Of a stretch of 37,447 bases of DNA, positions 15,839 through 23,703 are shown one piece after another; the first letter of the stretch is position 1; the number at the start of each line of letters is the position of its first letter. The position numbers and the translations under genes are program-made. Source of the DNA: a virus. Lineage: Duplodnaviria; Caudoviricetes. Below the pieces are notes generated by a model. It was given only the letters and a program-made list of their open reading frames with translations. It was not told the origin of the DNA and searched no databases. The DNA is taken from the IMG/VR virus record IMGVR_UViG_3300016474_000241, positions 1 to 37,447 of that record; one strand, written 5' to 3'.

Positions 15839-16420
15839 TCAGGATGGCTTGATCCACAGCACAGGTGAAGCCCAAACAATGTTCACGTCAGTGATGGTTT
15901 CATCACTTGGCCACAAAATGATGTTTTGACTTTCTTTCCTGTAGCCCTTCCTGATCATGCCCATCAACTGCTTGCCATCTTTCGTAGCGCAGACGCAGAT
16001 GTTGTCCATGTGGTGCGTTGGGTCGCTCTGAGCGGGGCTCACAAAAAGCAGCCAACCATCTTTGATGCTGGTGTGTGTGCGCACTTGGACTGCATATGTT
16101 CCAACTGGACAATCGCCTGGCCCAATCACAATGTCATGCGTGCCGTGAGGCATCGCGGTGATGTTTCCATACGAATCCATATGAGCTGCAATCGGCACCT
16201 TGCGGACGTCTTCTGTTACGTCAATGCCAGCCTTGCGCATGACCTCAAGCAAAGGAACACCAAGAATCATTGAAATTTGGTGTGCTTCGTGCGGCGTCAT
16301 TTTGCGTCTACCGCGCAACATCAGCGACACGGCCGCCGCGTCGAGTTCCAACATTTTGGCCAATCCTCGTTGAGAAATTTTCTTGTCAGCCAATCTGTCT
16401 TTGAACCACAAAGTATCCAT
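15839..16420 (-). CDS. cI: CI-like repressor (XRE HTH plus degenerate S24-like C-domain)
   Basis: ISQRGLAKMLELDAAAVSLMLRGRR HTH; VPI..GTYAVQV..IKDGWLLFV C-domain; divergent from a small HTH gene. Confidence 0.8.
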   Translation of the reverse strand: MDTLWFKDRLADKKISQRGLAKMLELDAAAVSLMLRGRRKMTPHEAHQISMILGVPLLEVMRKAGIDVTEDVRKVPIAAHMDSYGNITAMPHGTHDIVIGPGDCPVGTYAVQVRTHTSIKDGWLLFVSPAQSDPTHHMDNICVCATKDGKQLMGMIRKGYRKESQNIILWPSDETITDVNIVWASPVLWIKPS

Positions 16421-16452
16421 GTGCGCCTCTGAGTATGTGAGGAAGGGCAGTC

Positions 16453-16559
16453 ATGATGTCATATTCTCCCTGTTGAGTCAATCTCAATACCCGGATCGTA
16501 CAGGATATTAGAAATCTTTGCTCATTGCCGTAGATACATTAAGATGATGAAATCGCATC
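16453..16559. promoter_or_regulatory. Divergent PRM/PR switch region with two operators
   Basis: Minus strand TTGACT-17-CATCAT; plus strand TTGCTC-16-TAAGAT; operators GTTGAGTCAATCTCAAT (16472-16488) and GATGATGAAATCGCATC (16543-16559). Confidence 0.6.
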
Positions 16560-16578
16560 AACCCTTTGGGATTAAAAA

Positions 16579-16821
16579 GTGACCATAGAAACCATCCACA
16601 CCCACGATCCGGCGTATACCGTCATAGAAAAATTGGGCGGTAAGAGTTTTGTTGCCGAGCAACTGAGTCTTGATAAATCAACGCTTTCCAGGTGGTGCCA
16701 GCCGAGGCCGATGGGGACGGGTGGAGTTATTCCGCAAAAGCACTGGGCGCGCTTGCTGGAGATGGCCGCAGAGCAGCGCGTGCGCCTGACGCTCAAGGAG
16801 CTGGCCGCGATCGAGGCTTGA
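16579..16821 (+). CDS. cro: Cro-like HTH protein
   Basis: VIEKLGG.SFVAEQL.LDKSTLSRW...GG.IP; divergent from cI. Confidence 0.75.
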   Translation: MTIETIHTHDPAYTVIEKLGGKSFVAEQLSLDKSTLSRWCQPRPMGTGGVIPQKHWARLLEMAAEQRVRLTLKELAAIEA

Positions 16822-16823
16822 TC

Positions 16824-18983
16824 ATGGTCTACGAAGTGCAACAGACCATGACCAACAGCGACTTCCTTGCCGAGGTCTACGGCGACCTGGGCGACAACGA
16901 GTTCGGATGGATCACCACCTTCCGAGCTGACCCCGGCAACGCGCCGCCCCTGGTCTGGGGCGGTCGCTTCTACAAGGGCACGACCAACCAGGCAGCCCTG
17001 ATCGACAACGCCCAGGACGACAACGCCTACTTCTGCACCGCCGTGCTGCAGCCGACCGAGGACGGCGAGTTTTTCCGGCGCAAGGACTGCTTCGTGCGCC
17101 TGGCCGTGCTCGCGCTCGACGACGTGCCCATCGAGGAGGTGGACAGCTGCTCCTACGCGCTGCAGACCAGCCCAGGCAAGCACCAAGTGGGCATCTTCCT
17201 GGACTGCGACGACCCCGACACCTACAACCGCCAGCTGATCGACCGCGTGATGTCTTCGCTCGCAGTCCGCGGGCGCAGCAACGACGCGTCGGGCAATGCG
17301 TGCGTGCGCTACGTTCGCCTGCCGATCGGCACCAACACCAAGCCGCGGGCAGCCGGGCCGTGGAAGGTGCAGATGGTCGTGTGGGCCCCGAACATCCGCT
17401 GGACCCTGGCTGACGCCTGCGCCGCGTTCGGCATCGACCTCGACAACCTGCGCATGGCCACGGCGATCGAGCGCACGGCGACGAGCTCCAAGGGAGCGGG
17501 CACCGGCACCCATGCGGGCGAGATGATCGTGGGGCTGACAGATCCACAACCAGAAGCACGCGCCTATCACGACAACATCACTCGCTTGGCAGCATCGTTG
17601 ATTTCGGGCGGCATGTTCCCTGGTGCCGCCGTCGAGTTCTTGTACAGCCTGATGGACCAGGCTAAGCCATCGACGCGAGAGGAAGAGGAGCTGCGTCGGT
17701 GGGAGACACGCAGGGCTGAGATCCCGCGAGCCGTAAAAAGTGCCGAGAAATTCGCACCCGAGGAACGTAAGGCGCCGCAGATTACGGTAAACCTCCAACT
17801 TGCGCAAGATGATCAACGAGTTGATGAGGCTGCTGCTCAAGAAAACACCGGGCAATTGGTGCCGCTTGACTGGCACAAGTTGTCCGAAACAGAGCCCGAG
17901 CCCACAAACTGGCGCGTCGAGGGCTGGTTGCCTGAGCGCACTGTCACCCTCCTGGCCGCCAACGGGGGCGTGGGCAAGTCCAACTTGTCCCTGCAGATGG
18001 GCGTGGCAATGGCCACCGGCAGCGAGTTCATCGGCGTGCCCACCAGGCCCAGCCGCGTGCTGGTGATCAGTGGCGAAGACGAGGGCCGCACCGTTCACTT
18101 CCGTGTAGCCAACATCTGCCAAGACCTGGGCATCCCTTTGTCCAGCCTGGCCGACAGGATGATGGTCTACGACATGACCCAGACCGACTGCGTGCTCTGG
18201 CGCGATGGCAACCCGACCGAGCGCATGCAGTGGCTGGCCGACACCGTCGTGCGCCACCGCGCTGAGGTCGTGATCATCGACAACGCCTCCGACGTGTTCG
18301 CCGACAACGAGAACGACCGCACCGCCGTGCGGGGTTTCATGCGGTGCCTGAACACGATTGCCCACGGCACGGGCGCGGCCATGCTGCTGCTGGCCCACGT
18401 TGACAAGGCCAGTGTGCGCGCTGGCGCAGGCCTGGACAGCAACAGCACCTTCAGCGGATCCACCGCCTGGAACAACAGCGCACGCTCGCGCTGGGCGATG
18501 GTGCGCGAGGACAACGCGGTGGTGATCCGACATGAGAAGTGCAACCTGGGCCCGCTGCAGGAGGAGATCCGGCTTGAGTTTGATCCGCACGCCAAGGTGT
18601 TCAAGCGCTTTGGCACGGTGCCAGGCAACCAGGCTGCGGCCAAGCTGGTGCGAAATGCCCACCGTGCTGCGATTCTCAAACTGGTGGGCCGGCACGCGGC
18701 TCAGGGCGTGAACCTGTCCATGAAGGCCAACGCGCCCAGCACCAACGTCTACAACGTGCTGGCCGACGATCCCGACTTCCCGGTGCGCCTGGACCGCAAG
18801 ACCTTTTTCGGCCTGCTGCGCGACCTCGAGAACGAGGGCCTGGTCGGTCAAGAGACGTATCGCAAGGCCAACAGGACCACAGGGCAGCGCGTGGTGCTCA
18901 CGGCTGCAGGCGAAGCACGCGTGGCCATCGGATCAGGAGCTGGCCCGACGTGGGCGCAACGACAAGAAGGAGCAGAGGAATGA
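16824..18983 (+). CDS. Primase-helicase fusion (RepB-type primase plus AAA_25/RepA-like helicase)
   Basis: LALDD, LQTSPGKHQ, YVRLP.GTNTK primase motifs; AANGGVGKS Walker A, VIIDN Walker B, LLAH, GSTAW..SAR; ATG at 16824. Confidence 0.85.
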   Translation: MVYEVQQTMTNSDFLAEVYGDLGDNEFGWITTFRADPGNAPPLVWGGRFYKGTTNQAALIDNAQDDNAYFCTAVLQPTEDGEFFRRKDCFVRLAVLALDDVPIEEVDSCSYALQTSPGKHQVGIFLDCDDPDTYNRQLIDRVMSSLAVRGRSNDASGNACVRYVRLPIGTNTKPRAAGPWKVQMVVWAPNIRWTLADACAAFGIDLDNLRMATAIERTATSSKGAGTGTHAGEMIVGLTDPQPEARAYHDNITRLAASLISGGMFPGAAVEFLYSLMDQAKPSTREEEELRRWETRRAEIPRAVKSAEKFAPEERKAPQITVNLQLAQDDQRVDEAAAQENTGQLVPLDWHKLSETEPEPTNWRVEGWLPERTVTLLAANGGVGKSNLSLQMGVAMATGSEFIGVPTRPSRVLVISGEDEGRTVHFRVANICQDLGIPLSSLADRMMVYDMTQTDCVLWRDGNPTERMQWLADTVVRHRAEVVIIDNASDVFADNENDRTAVRGFMRCLNTIAHGTGAAMLLLAHVDKASVRAGAGLDSNSTFSGSTAWNNSARSRWAMVREDNAVVIRHEKCNLGPLQEEIRLEFDPHAKVFKRFGTVPGNQAAAKLVRNAHRAAILKLVGRHAAQGVNLSMKANAPSTNVYNVLADDPDFPVRLDRKTFFGLLRDLENEGLVGQETYRKANRTTGQRVVLTAAGEARVAIGSGAGPTWAQRQEGAEE

Positions 18984-19270
18984 CACCAAAACAAGAGGCC
19001 GCGCTGCGCGAATACTTACAAGAGGCCATCGTGCCTTTGATAGAGCAGGTGCTGGTTAAGAAACTAGGGCAAGCCATGTCGTTTGCGGCAGAAGAACTGA
19101 TCCAGCCAAAACCAGCAAGCAAGCCGTGGGTGGGGCTTAGCACTGACGAAATGAAAGAAATTGCAAACCGCTATCACCTTAAACCGCCTAATGTGCCTGT
19201 TGCTTTTAGAGCCATCGAAGTTAAGCTGCGGGAGAAGAACACACCACAACAAAGCAAGGGGGATGCATGA
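18980..19270 (+). CDS. Hypothetical protein (WVGL motif)
   Basis: ATGA-coupled; KPWVGLSTDE..FRAIE.KLREKN module. Confidence 0.65.
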   Translation: MTPKQEAALREYLQEAIVPLIEQVLVKKLGQAMSFAAEELIQPKPASKPWVGLSTDEMKEIANRYHLKPPNVPVAFRAIEVKLREKNTPQQSKGDA

Positions 19271-19974
19271 CACCATTAATCCGTGAAATGGTAAAGATGG
19301 TGTCTGTTGTTGATTTTGACCCGGTAGATTTGCAATGGTTTGATTTATCTGGCTACGTCAACGACCAAAGCCACGCTGTTACTGAGCCATTGATGACACA
19401 TCGCCCACCATTTGAGAAAAACATTGTGGTGTGGCGTGGCAAAACACGAAGCCATGTTTCTTACGACACCATTTTTATGGTGGTCGGCAATGACCCGCAA
19501 CAAGGCGTACTGGTGACCATGTGGAAGGGGCCAACTGGCAAACAACCCCAAAGATTCCCGACGATGGTTTACGTGGCTGACGGTGAGATGCTGCGCTACG
19601 GCTCAATGGACGATGGTGTTGAGCTTGAGAAAGACGTTGCCGAACTGATGTTGGCTTATGTCGGTAATTGGTTGGAGTCGTTGTCACTGCGTAATGAGGC
19701 TTATGTGCCAGTGGTGCAACAAACCTTCACCAACCGCAGGAAGATCGCGCAAGGCAAGACACCTACATACGACTGGAAAACAGTTGTTGTTGAGCCTGTA
19801 AAGCAGCGCAAAGAGGATCAAGGTGGCACACACGCCAGCCCAAGACTGCATGACCGCAGGGGACATTTGCGCCGACTGCAAAACGGCAAGACCTGTTGGG
19901 TCAAGCCTCACAAGGTTGGTGATGCAAGCAAAGGCGTGGTGTTCCACGACTATCAAATCAAGGGGGACGCATGA
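19267..19974 (+). CDS. Hypothetical protein with C-terminal HxRRGH motif
   Basis: 235 aa; HASPRLHDRRGHLRR..WVKPH.VG. Confidence 0.75.
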   Translation: MTPLIREMVKMVSVVDFDPVDLQWFDLSGYVNDQSHAVTEPLMTHRPPFEKNIVVWRGKTRSHVSYDTIFMVVGNDPQQGVLVTMWKGPTGKQPQRFPTMVYVADGEMLRYGSMDDGVELEKDVAELMLAYVGNWLESLSLRNEAYVPVVQQTFTNRRKIAQGKTPTYDWKTVVVEPVKQRKEDQGGTHASPRLHDRRGHLRRLQNGKTCWVKPHKVGDASKGVVFHDYQIKGDA

Positions 19975-20129
19975 ACCAACCTTGGTTTATCAGATTTGGC
20001 TGGTGGCTGTGCGAAAAGACGGGCCACCTCGGAGCGCGGTCAGGCTGGATTTACAACGGTTACTTCCACAAGGAATGCAAGCTGTGCGGACGCATCATCA
20101 GTGAACCTATCAAGAAGGAGAAAGCATGA
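19971..20129 (+). CDS. 52-aa Cys/His protein (not in ORF track)
   Basis: MNQPWFIRFGWWLCEKTGH...ECKLCG; ATGA-coupled at both ends. Confidence 0.6.
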   Translation: MNQPWFIRFGWWLCEKTGHLGARSGWIYNGYFHKECKLCGRIISEPIKKEKA

Positions 20130-20239
20130 CTGAAATTGCTTGCTTGCTGTTATGGCTGGCCTGTATTGGGTTAGCTTGTTGGGCAGACCTGATCGCACAG
20201 AAACATATTGAGAAAGGACGGGACGAAGCATGGAAATGA
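20126..20239 (+). CDS. 37-aa membrane peptide (not in ORF track)
   Basis: AAGGAG RBS; MTEIACLLLWLACIGLACWADL...; ATGA-coupled. Confidence 0.55.
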   Translation: MTEIACLLLWLACIGLACWADLIAQKHIEKGRDEAWK

Positions 20240-20826
20240 AAGAAGAATGGTTGATGCCCGGTGCAGTTGTGCCGGTTGACGCAGAAACTACTGCCGCGCT
20301 TGTGGCCGAAATCAAGCGGCTGATTGGCGTTGTTGGTGACATGGCTTTGAACATGCAGCCAGCACAGCAGCAGAAGGAAGGATTTGCATCACCCGGAGGA
20401 GGTTACGTGCCTGCAATCCCAAGGCAGATTCCGCTTGACTGGAAACTTGTGCCAAGGAAAGCAACACCAGAAATGCTGAGAGCAATGGATGAATGCGCCC
20501 AAGAAGGGTATGACGAGCGTCTTTATGAAGGCATGGCTTCATCTGTTTACATGGCTGCTTGGGATGCTTCGCCAGTGATGGGCAGTTTTCCGACTAGTAA
20601 TACGTTTAAAGAATGGTTTTACAGCAAACCACATCGAGCCAAGTACAGCAGTAACCATCCTGCATATCTAGCAGCGCAAGAAGCATGGGAGGCTGCACAT
20701 GAGGCGTGTGCGAAGGTGTGCGATGAGAAGGTCGATGCTGAATACGCCACGGGCAAGGTGGATCACAACGAGATGGGCTGGACGCAGGCTTGCGCCGCCG
20801 CCATCCGCGCAAGGGGGCAGGAATGA
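20236..20826 (+). CDS. Mosaic hypothetical protein
   Basis: WKLVPRKATPEM and EACAKVCD..CAAAIRARG modules typical of phage accessory ORFs. Confidence 0.65.
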   Translation: MKEEWLMPGAVVPVDAETTAALVAEIKRLIGVVGDMALNMQPAQQQKEGFASPGGGYVPAIPRQIPLDWKLVPRKATPEMLRAMDECAQEGYDERLYEGMASSVYMAAWDASPVMGSFPTSNTFKEWFYSKPHRAKYSSNHPAYLAAQEAWEAAHEACAKVCDEKVDAEYATGKVDHNEMGWTQACAAAIRARGQE

Positions 20827-21206
20827 GTACCCACGGTGATGGCGGCAAGGGCTCGCAGCGCAGGCCCGGCGAGGGTTACCAGGATGGCTGGGACAGGATC
20901 TTTGCAGGCAAGAAAAAAGGCCCGCTTGGGGCCTTGTTGGCTGCTGCACCCAGTGCACCCACTGGTCAATCGCCTGCGGCGATTGTAGCAGAGAAATGCA
21001 GCAGTCAGTGCAGGGCACAAGTGCCCCCACTGGGGTGTGGGGCACACTTGTGCACCCACTGCACGGGGTTTGCACCTACTAGTGGGTGCAGAGTGGGTGC
21101 AACTGAGTGCAGTGCACCTCACTCCCCCAGTGGGAGTGAGTGCACCGAACCCACTCAGATAGGGTGTGGGAGTGAGTGCGTGCAGTTATCCACAGGCAAG
21201 GAGTGA
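20823..21206 (+). CDS. Hypothetical protein (GGKGS..GWDRIF N-terminus; C-terminal part reads through the repeat array)
   Basis: ATGA-coupled start; only the first ~32 codons look protein-like. Confidence 0.4.
   Translation: MSTHGDGGKGSQRRPGEGYQDGWDRIFAGKKKGPLGALLAAAPSAPTGQSPAAIVAEKCSSQCRAQVPPLGCGAHLCTHCTGFAPTSGCRVGATECSAPHSPSGSECTEPTQIGCGSECVQLSTGKE
20913..20935 (-). terminator. Hairpin terminator (minus strand, possibly bidirectional) bordering the repeat array
   Basis: A-run + AAGGCCC-GCTTG-GGGCCTT. Confidence 0.45.
20945..21194. repeat. Putative replication origin: TGCACCCAC-type iterons plus DnaA box
   Basis: Direct and inverted TGCAC(C/T)-type repeats at 20945, 20954, 21051, 21071, 21081(rev), 21092(rev) and 21113; hairpin 21112-21145; perfect TTATCCACA at 21186-21194. 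Confidence 0.6.
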
Positions 21207-21209
21207 TGA

Positions 21210-21335
21210 ATGAAATTGTCAAGTTTGATCGTCGTCGGTGTGGTCGCAGTGGTCGCGGGGGTTTGGGTCAAGGCCTGGCAGTGCGAGGAGATGTTCCCGC
21301 ACGCCAGTGTTGTCGCGTGCGTGATGTGGAGATAA
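21210..21335 (+). CDS. 41-aa membrane peptide (not in ORF track)
   Basis: AAGGAG RBS; MKLSSLIVVGVVAVVAGVWVKAW... Confidence 0.55.
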   Translation: MKLSSLIVVGVVAVVAGVWVKAWQCEEMFPHASVVACVMWR

Positions 21336-21342
21336 TCTGGCC

Positions 21343-21903
21343 ATGATGGAAACGCAGCAACAAACCGATCTTGGGCAGCAGCTTCAGAGCGCTGTCCTGC
21401 AAGCCGCGATGGACACTGTGGATGCGTCCAGTGGTGATGACGAAAAACGAACGAAAAACGAGAAAAAGCGAGCCGTGAGCCCGCTCACGGGGGCGCCCGT
21501 GCCAGCGGGGCGCCCGAAGAACGTGAAGAACCGGCTGACGAACCTGCGCGAGGCCGTGCTCGAGGCGTTCGACACGGTCGGCGGCCCTGCGTACCTGGTG
21601 CAGCTTGCGCAGGGCACGCAGAGCGATCGGGCCGCGTTCGTGGGCCTCGTCAGCAAGGTGCTGCCCACGCAGGTGAACGCCCAGGTCGGGGGCGGCGTGC
21701 AAATTCAACTGAGCTGGCTTGGATCGCGCCAGATTGGCACAACCGTGGCACAAGAGCCCGAGCAGATTACGCAAGTCGTTGATTTACAAAAGGATTCGGC
21801 TGGGAGGTATCGGATTATTGATCCGACAGGAGCGCCGGAAGGCGGCCAGGCGCCGGCGGGGGCGGCGGGGCAGGACGGCGCAGGAGGCGCTGATGGGGCT
21901 TGA
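21343..21903 (+). CDS. Terminase small subunit (putative)
   Basis: GRPKNVKNR..LREAVLEAF..VGG..YL..AFV.LV.KVLP; lies upstream of terL. Confidence 0.65.
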   Translation: MMETQQQTDLGQQLQSAVLQAAMDTVDASSGDDEKRTKNEKKRAVSPLTGAPVPAGRPKNVKNRLTNLREAVLEAFDTVGGPAYLVQLAQGTQSDRAAFVGLVSKVLPTQVNAQVGGGVQIQLSWLGSRQIGTTVAQEPEQITQVVDLQKDSAGRYRIIDPTGAPEGGQAPAGAAGQDGAGGADGA

Positions 21904-22070
21904 GGCCACCACACCCTTGGCTGCCTGGCGATCGGCCCGCCACGGCCCGGCCAGGCCTGCTCCCGGCTCCGTCCTGCGATTTCCTGACCCCCCACCCCCC
22001 ATCGAGCCGGTGGTGGGGGCCGGGCAAAAGCCAGGGGCCCCTCCCGATTTTCTGAAACCCAAAAAAGCAT

Positions 22071-22087
22071 TTTGAGAAAACCGCAAC
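22071..22087. promoter_or_regulatory. 17-bp operator abutting the ATG at 22088
   Basis: TTTGAGAAAACCGCAAC fits the TTGAG-N5-CGCAA family. Confidence 0.55.
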
Positions 22088-22366
22088 ATGACCCACGACA
22101 TCAACACCACCCTCAACGAGCGCGGCAAGCGTTACGGCACCTTCAAGGACCACGCCGAGATCAGCCAGCGCCTCAAGGGCGTGCTGCGCAAGTTTGAGGC
22201 TGAGCGAGGTTGCGACCTTGACCCCGACCAGAGAGAAGCTCTTGAGATGATGGCGCACAAGATTGCCCGCATCCTGAACGGCGACCCGAACTACGCCGAT
22301 AGCTGGCACGACATCGCCGGCTACGCCCAGCTGGTGGCCGACCGGCTCAACGGAGTGGCGCGTTGA
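22088..22366 (+). CDS. DUF6378-like protein
   Basis: LNERGKRYG..KIARILNGDP...DSWHDIAGYA. Confidence 0.8.
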   Translation: MTHDINTTLNERGKRYGTFKDHAEISQRLKGVLRKFEAERGCDLDPDQREALEMMAHKIARILNGDPNYADSWHDIAGYAQLVADRLNGVAR

Positions 22367-23703
22367 ACCTGGCCGAGTACCAGCCCAGGAGCGTTTTCCT
22401 CCCGCTCCACAACCGCGACAAGCGCTGGACCGTCGTCGTGGCGCACCGCCGCGCCGGCAAGACGGTGGCCATGTGCGCGGACCTGGTGATCGGCGCGCTC
22501 GAGACAGCGCTGCCCAAGCCGCAGTTCGCCTACCTGGCCCCGCAACGGGATCAAGCTAAACGAGTGGCCTGGTCCTACCTCAAAGACCTGAGCCGCCCCT
22601 ACTGGTCCAAGCCGCCCAACGAGTCCGAGCTGAAGATCACGATCAACAACGGCCACGGCGGCGAGAGCACCATCTACGTCGCGGGCGCGGACAACTACGA
22701 CGCGCTGCGCGGCATGTACTTCGACGGCGTGGTGCTGGACGAGACGGGTCAGATCAGACCGAGCGCCTGGTACACGGTGCTGCGCCCGGCGCTGTCTGAC
22801 CGTCGCGGCTGGGCCATCTTCGCCGGCACGCCCGCCGGCAAAAATATGTTCTGGAACCTCAGAGAAGAGGCCAGACTGAACCCGAGCACGCACCTGCTGC
22901 TCGAGCTGCCCGCGAGCAAGACCGGGATCATCCACCCCGACGAACTGCGCGACGCCAAGGTGCAGATGACCGATGAGGCGTTCCTGGTCGAATACGAGTG
23001 CTCATTCGACGCTGCGGTGCCTGGTGCGTACTACGCCAAGCTGGTGGGCGACGCCTACAACGAGGGCCGCGTGGGCAAACACCCTGTTGACCCCGCGTTC
23101 CCCGTCAACCTGGTGGCCGACCTGGGCTTTACCGACAGCTGCAGCTGGTGGGGCTGGCAGGAAACCCACGACGGCCTGCGCATCGTGGACTTCATGGAGG
23201 ACGACAACCAGCCGATCCAGCACTACATCGACTGGATCAAGTCCCGGCCGTACCTGGTCAACCCCAAAGGCATCTGGCTGCCGCACGACGCGAGGGCAAA
23301 AAGCCTGCAGACGGGCAAGTCGATCATCGAGCAGTTTCTGGCCAACGGGATCCGGCCCCAGCTGGTGCCCGAAATGTCGCTGCAGGACGGCATCGAGGCG
23401 GCCAGGCTGACGCTGCCGAGCTGCTACTTCGATGAGGAGGCCTGCTACGACGGCCTCGAGCACTTGCGCGCCTACATGCGCGAGTGGGACGAGAAAACGC
23501 AGACCTACCGCAACAAGCCCAAGCACGACCAACACAGCCACGGGGCTGACAGCTTCCGCTACCTGGCCCTCGCTGCGCGCCCTGTGTCGCGGAAATCGCA
23601 CCGCGCACCTACAATCACATCACTGCCCAGGAGCGCCAATTACGGTTTCGCTCTCAATGACATTTGGGACTGCCGACCAAGAGATTCGGGAAGGATCGGA
23701 TGA
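22363..23703 (+). CDS. terL: Terminase large subunit
   Basis: HRRAGKT Walker A, VVLDE Walker B, GTP coupling motif, ADLG and HGADSFRY nuclease motifs; TTG start with GGAG RBS. Confidence 0.93.
   Translation: MNLAEYQPRSVFLPLHNRDKRWTVVVAHRRAGKTVAMCADLVIGALETALPKPQFAYLAPQRDQAKRVAWSYLKDLSRPYWSKPPNESELKITINNGHGGESTIYVAGADNYDALRGMYFDGVVLDETGQIRPSAWYTVLRPALSDRRGWAIFAGTPAGKNMFWNLREEARLNPSTHLLLELPASKTGIIHPDELRDAKVQMTDEAFLVEYECSFDAAVPGAYYAKLVGDAYNEGRVGKHPVDPAFPVNLVADLGFTDSCSWWGWQETHDGLRIVDFMEDDNQPIQHYIDWIKSRPYLVNPKGIWLPHDARAKSLQTGKSIIEQFLANGIRPQLVPEMSLQDGIEAARLTLPSCYFDEEACYDGLEHLRAYMREWDEKTQTYRNKPKHDQHSHGADSFRYLALAARPVSRKSHRAPTITSLPRSANYGFALNDIWDCRPRDSGRIG

Noticed and set aside
16572-18851. 759-aa minus-strand ORF and other long antisense ORFs (e.g. 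1558-2841, 24618-25607, 32288-33376)
   Set aside because: Shadow frames of GC-rich genes with clear motifs on the opposite strand; no recognisable motifs of their own.
20945-21180. Possible CRISPR or mini-array
   Set aside because: Repeats are short, degenerate, in mixed orientation and irregularly spaced, with no unique spacers of constant length.
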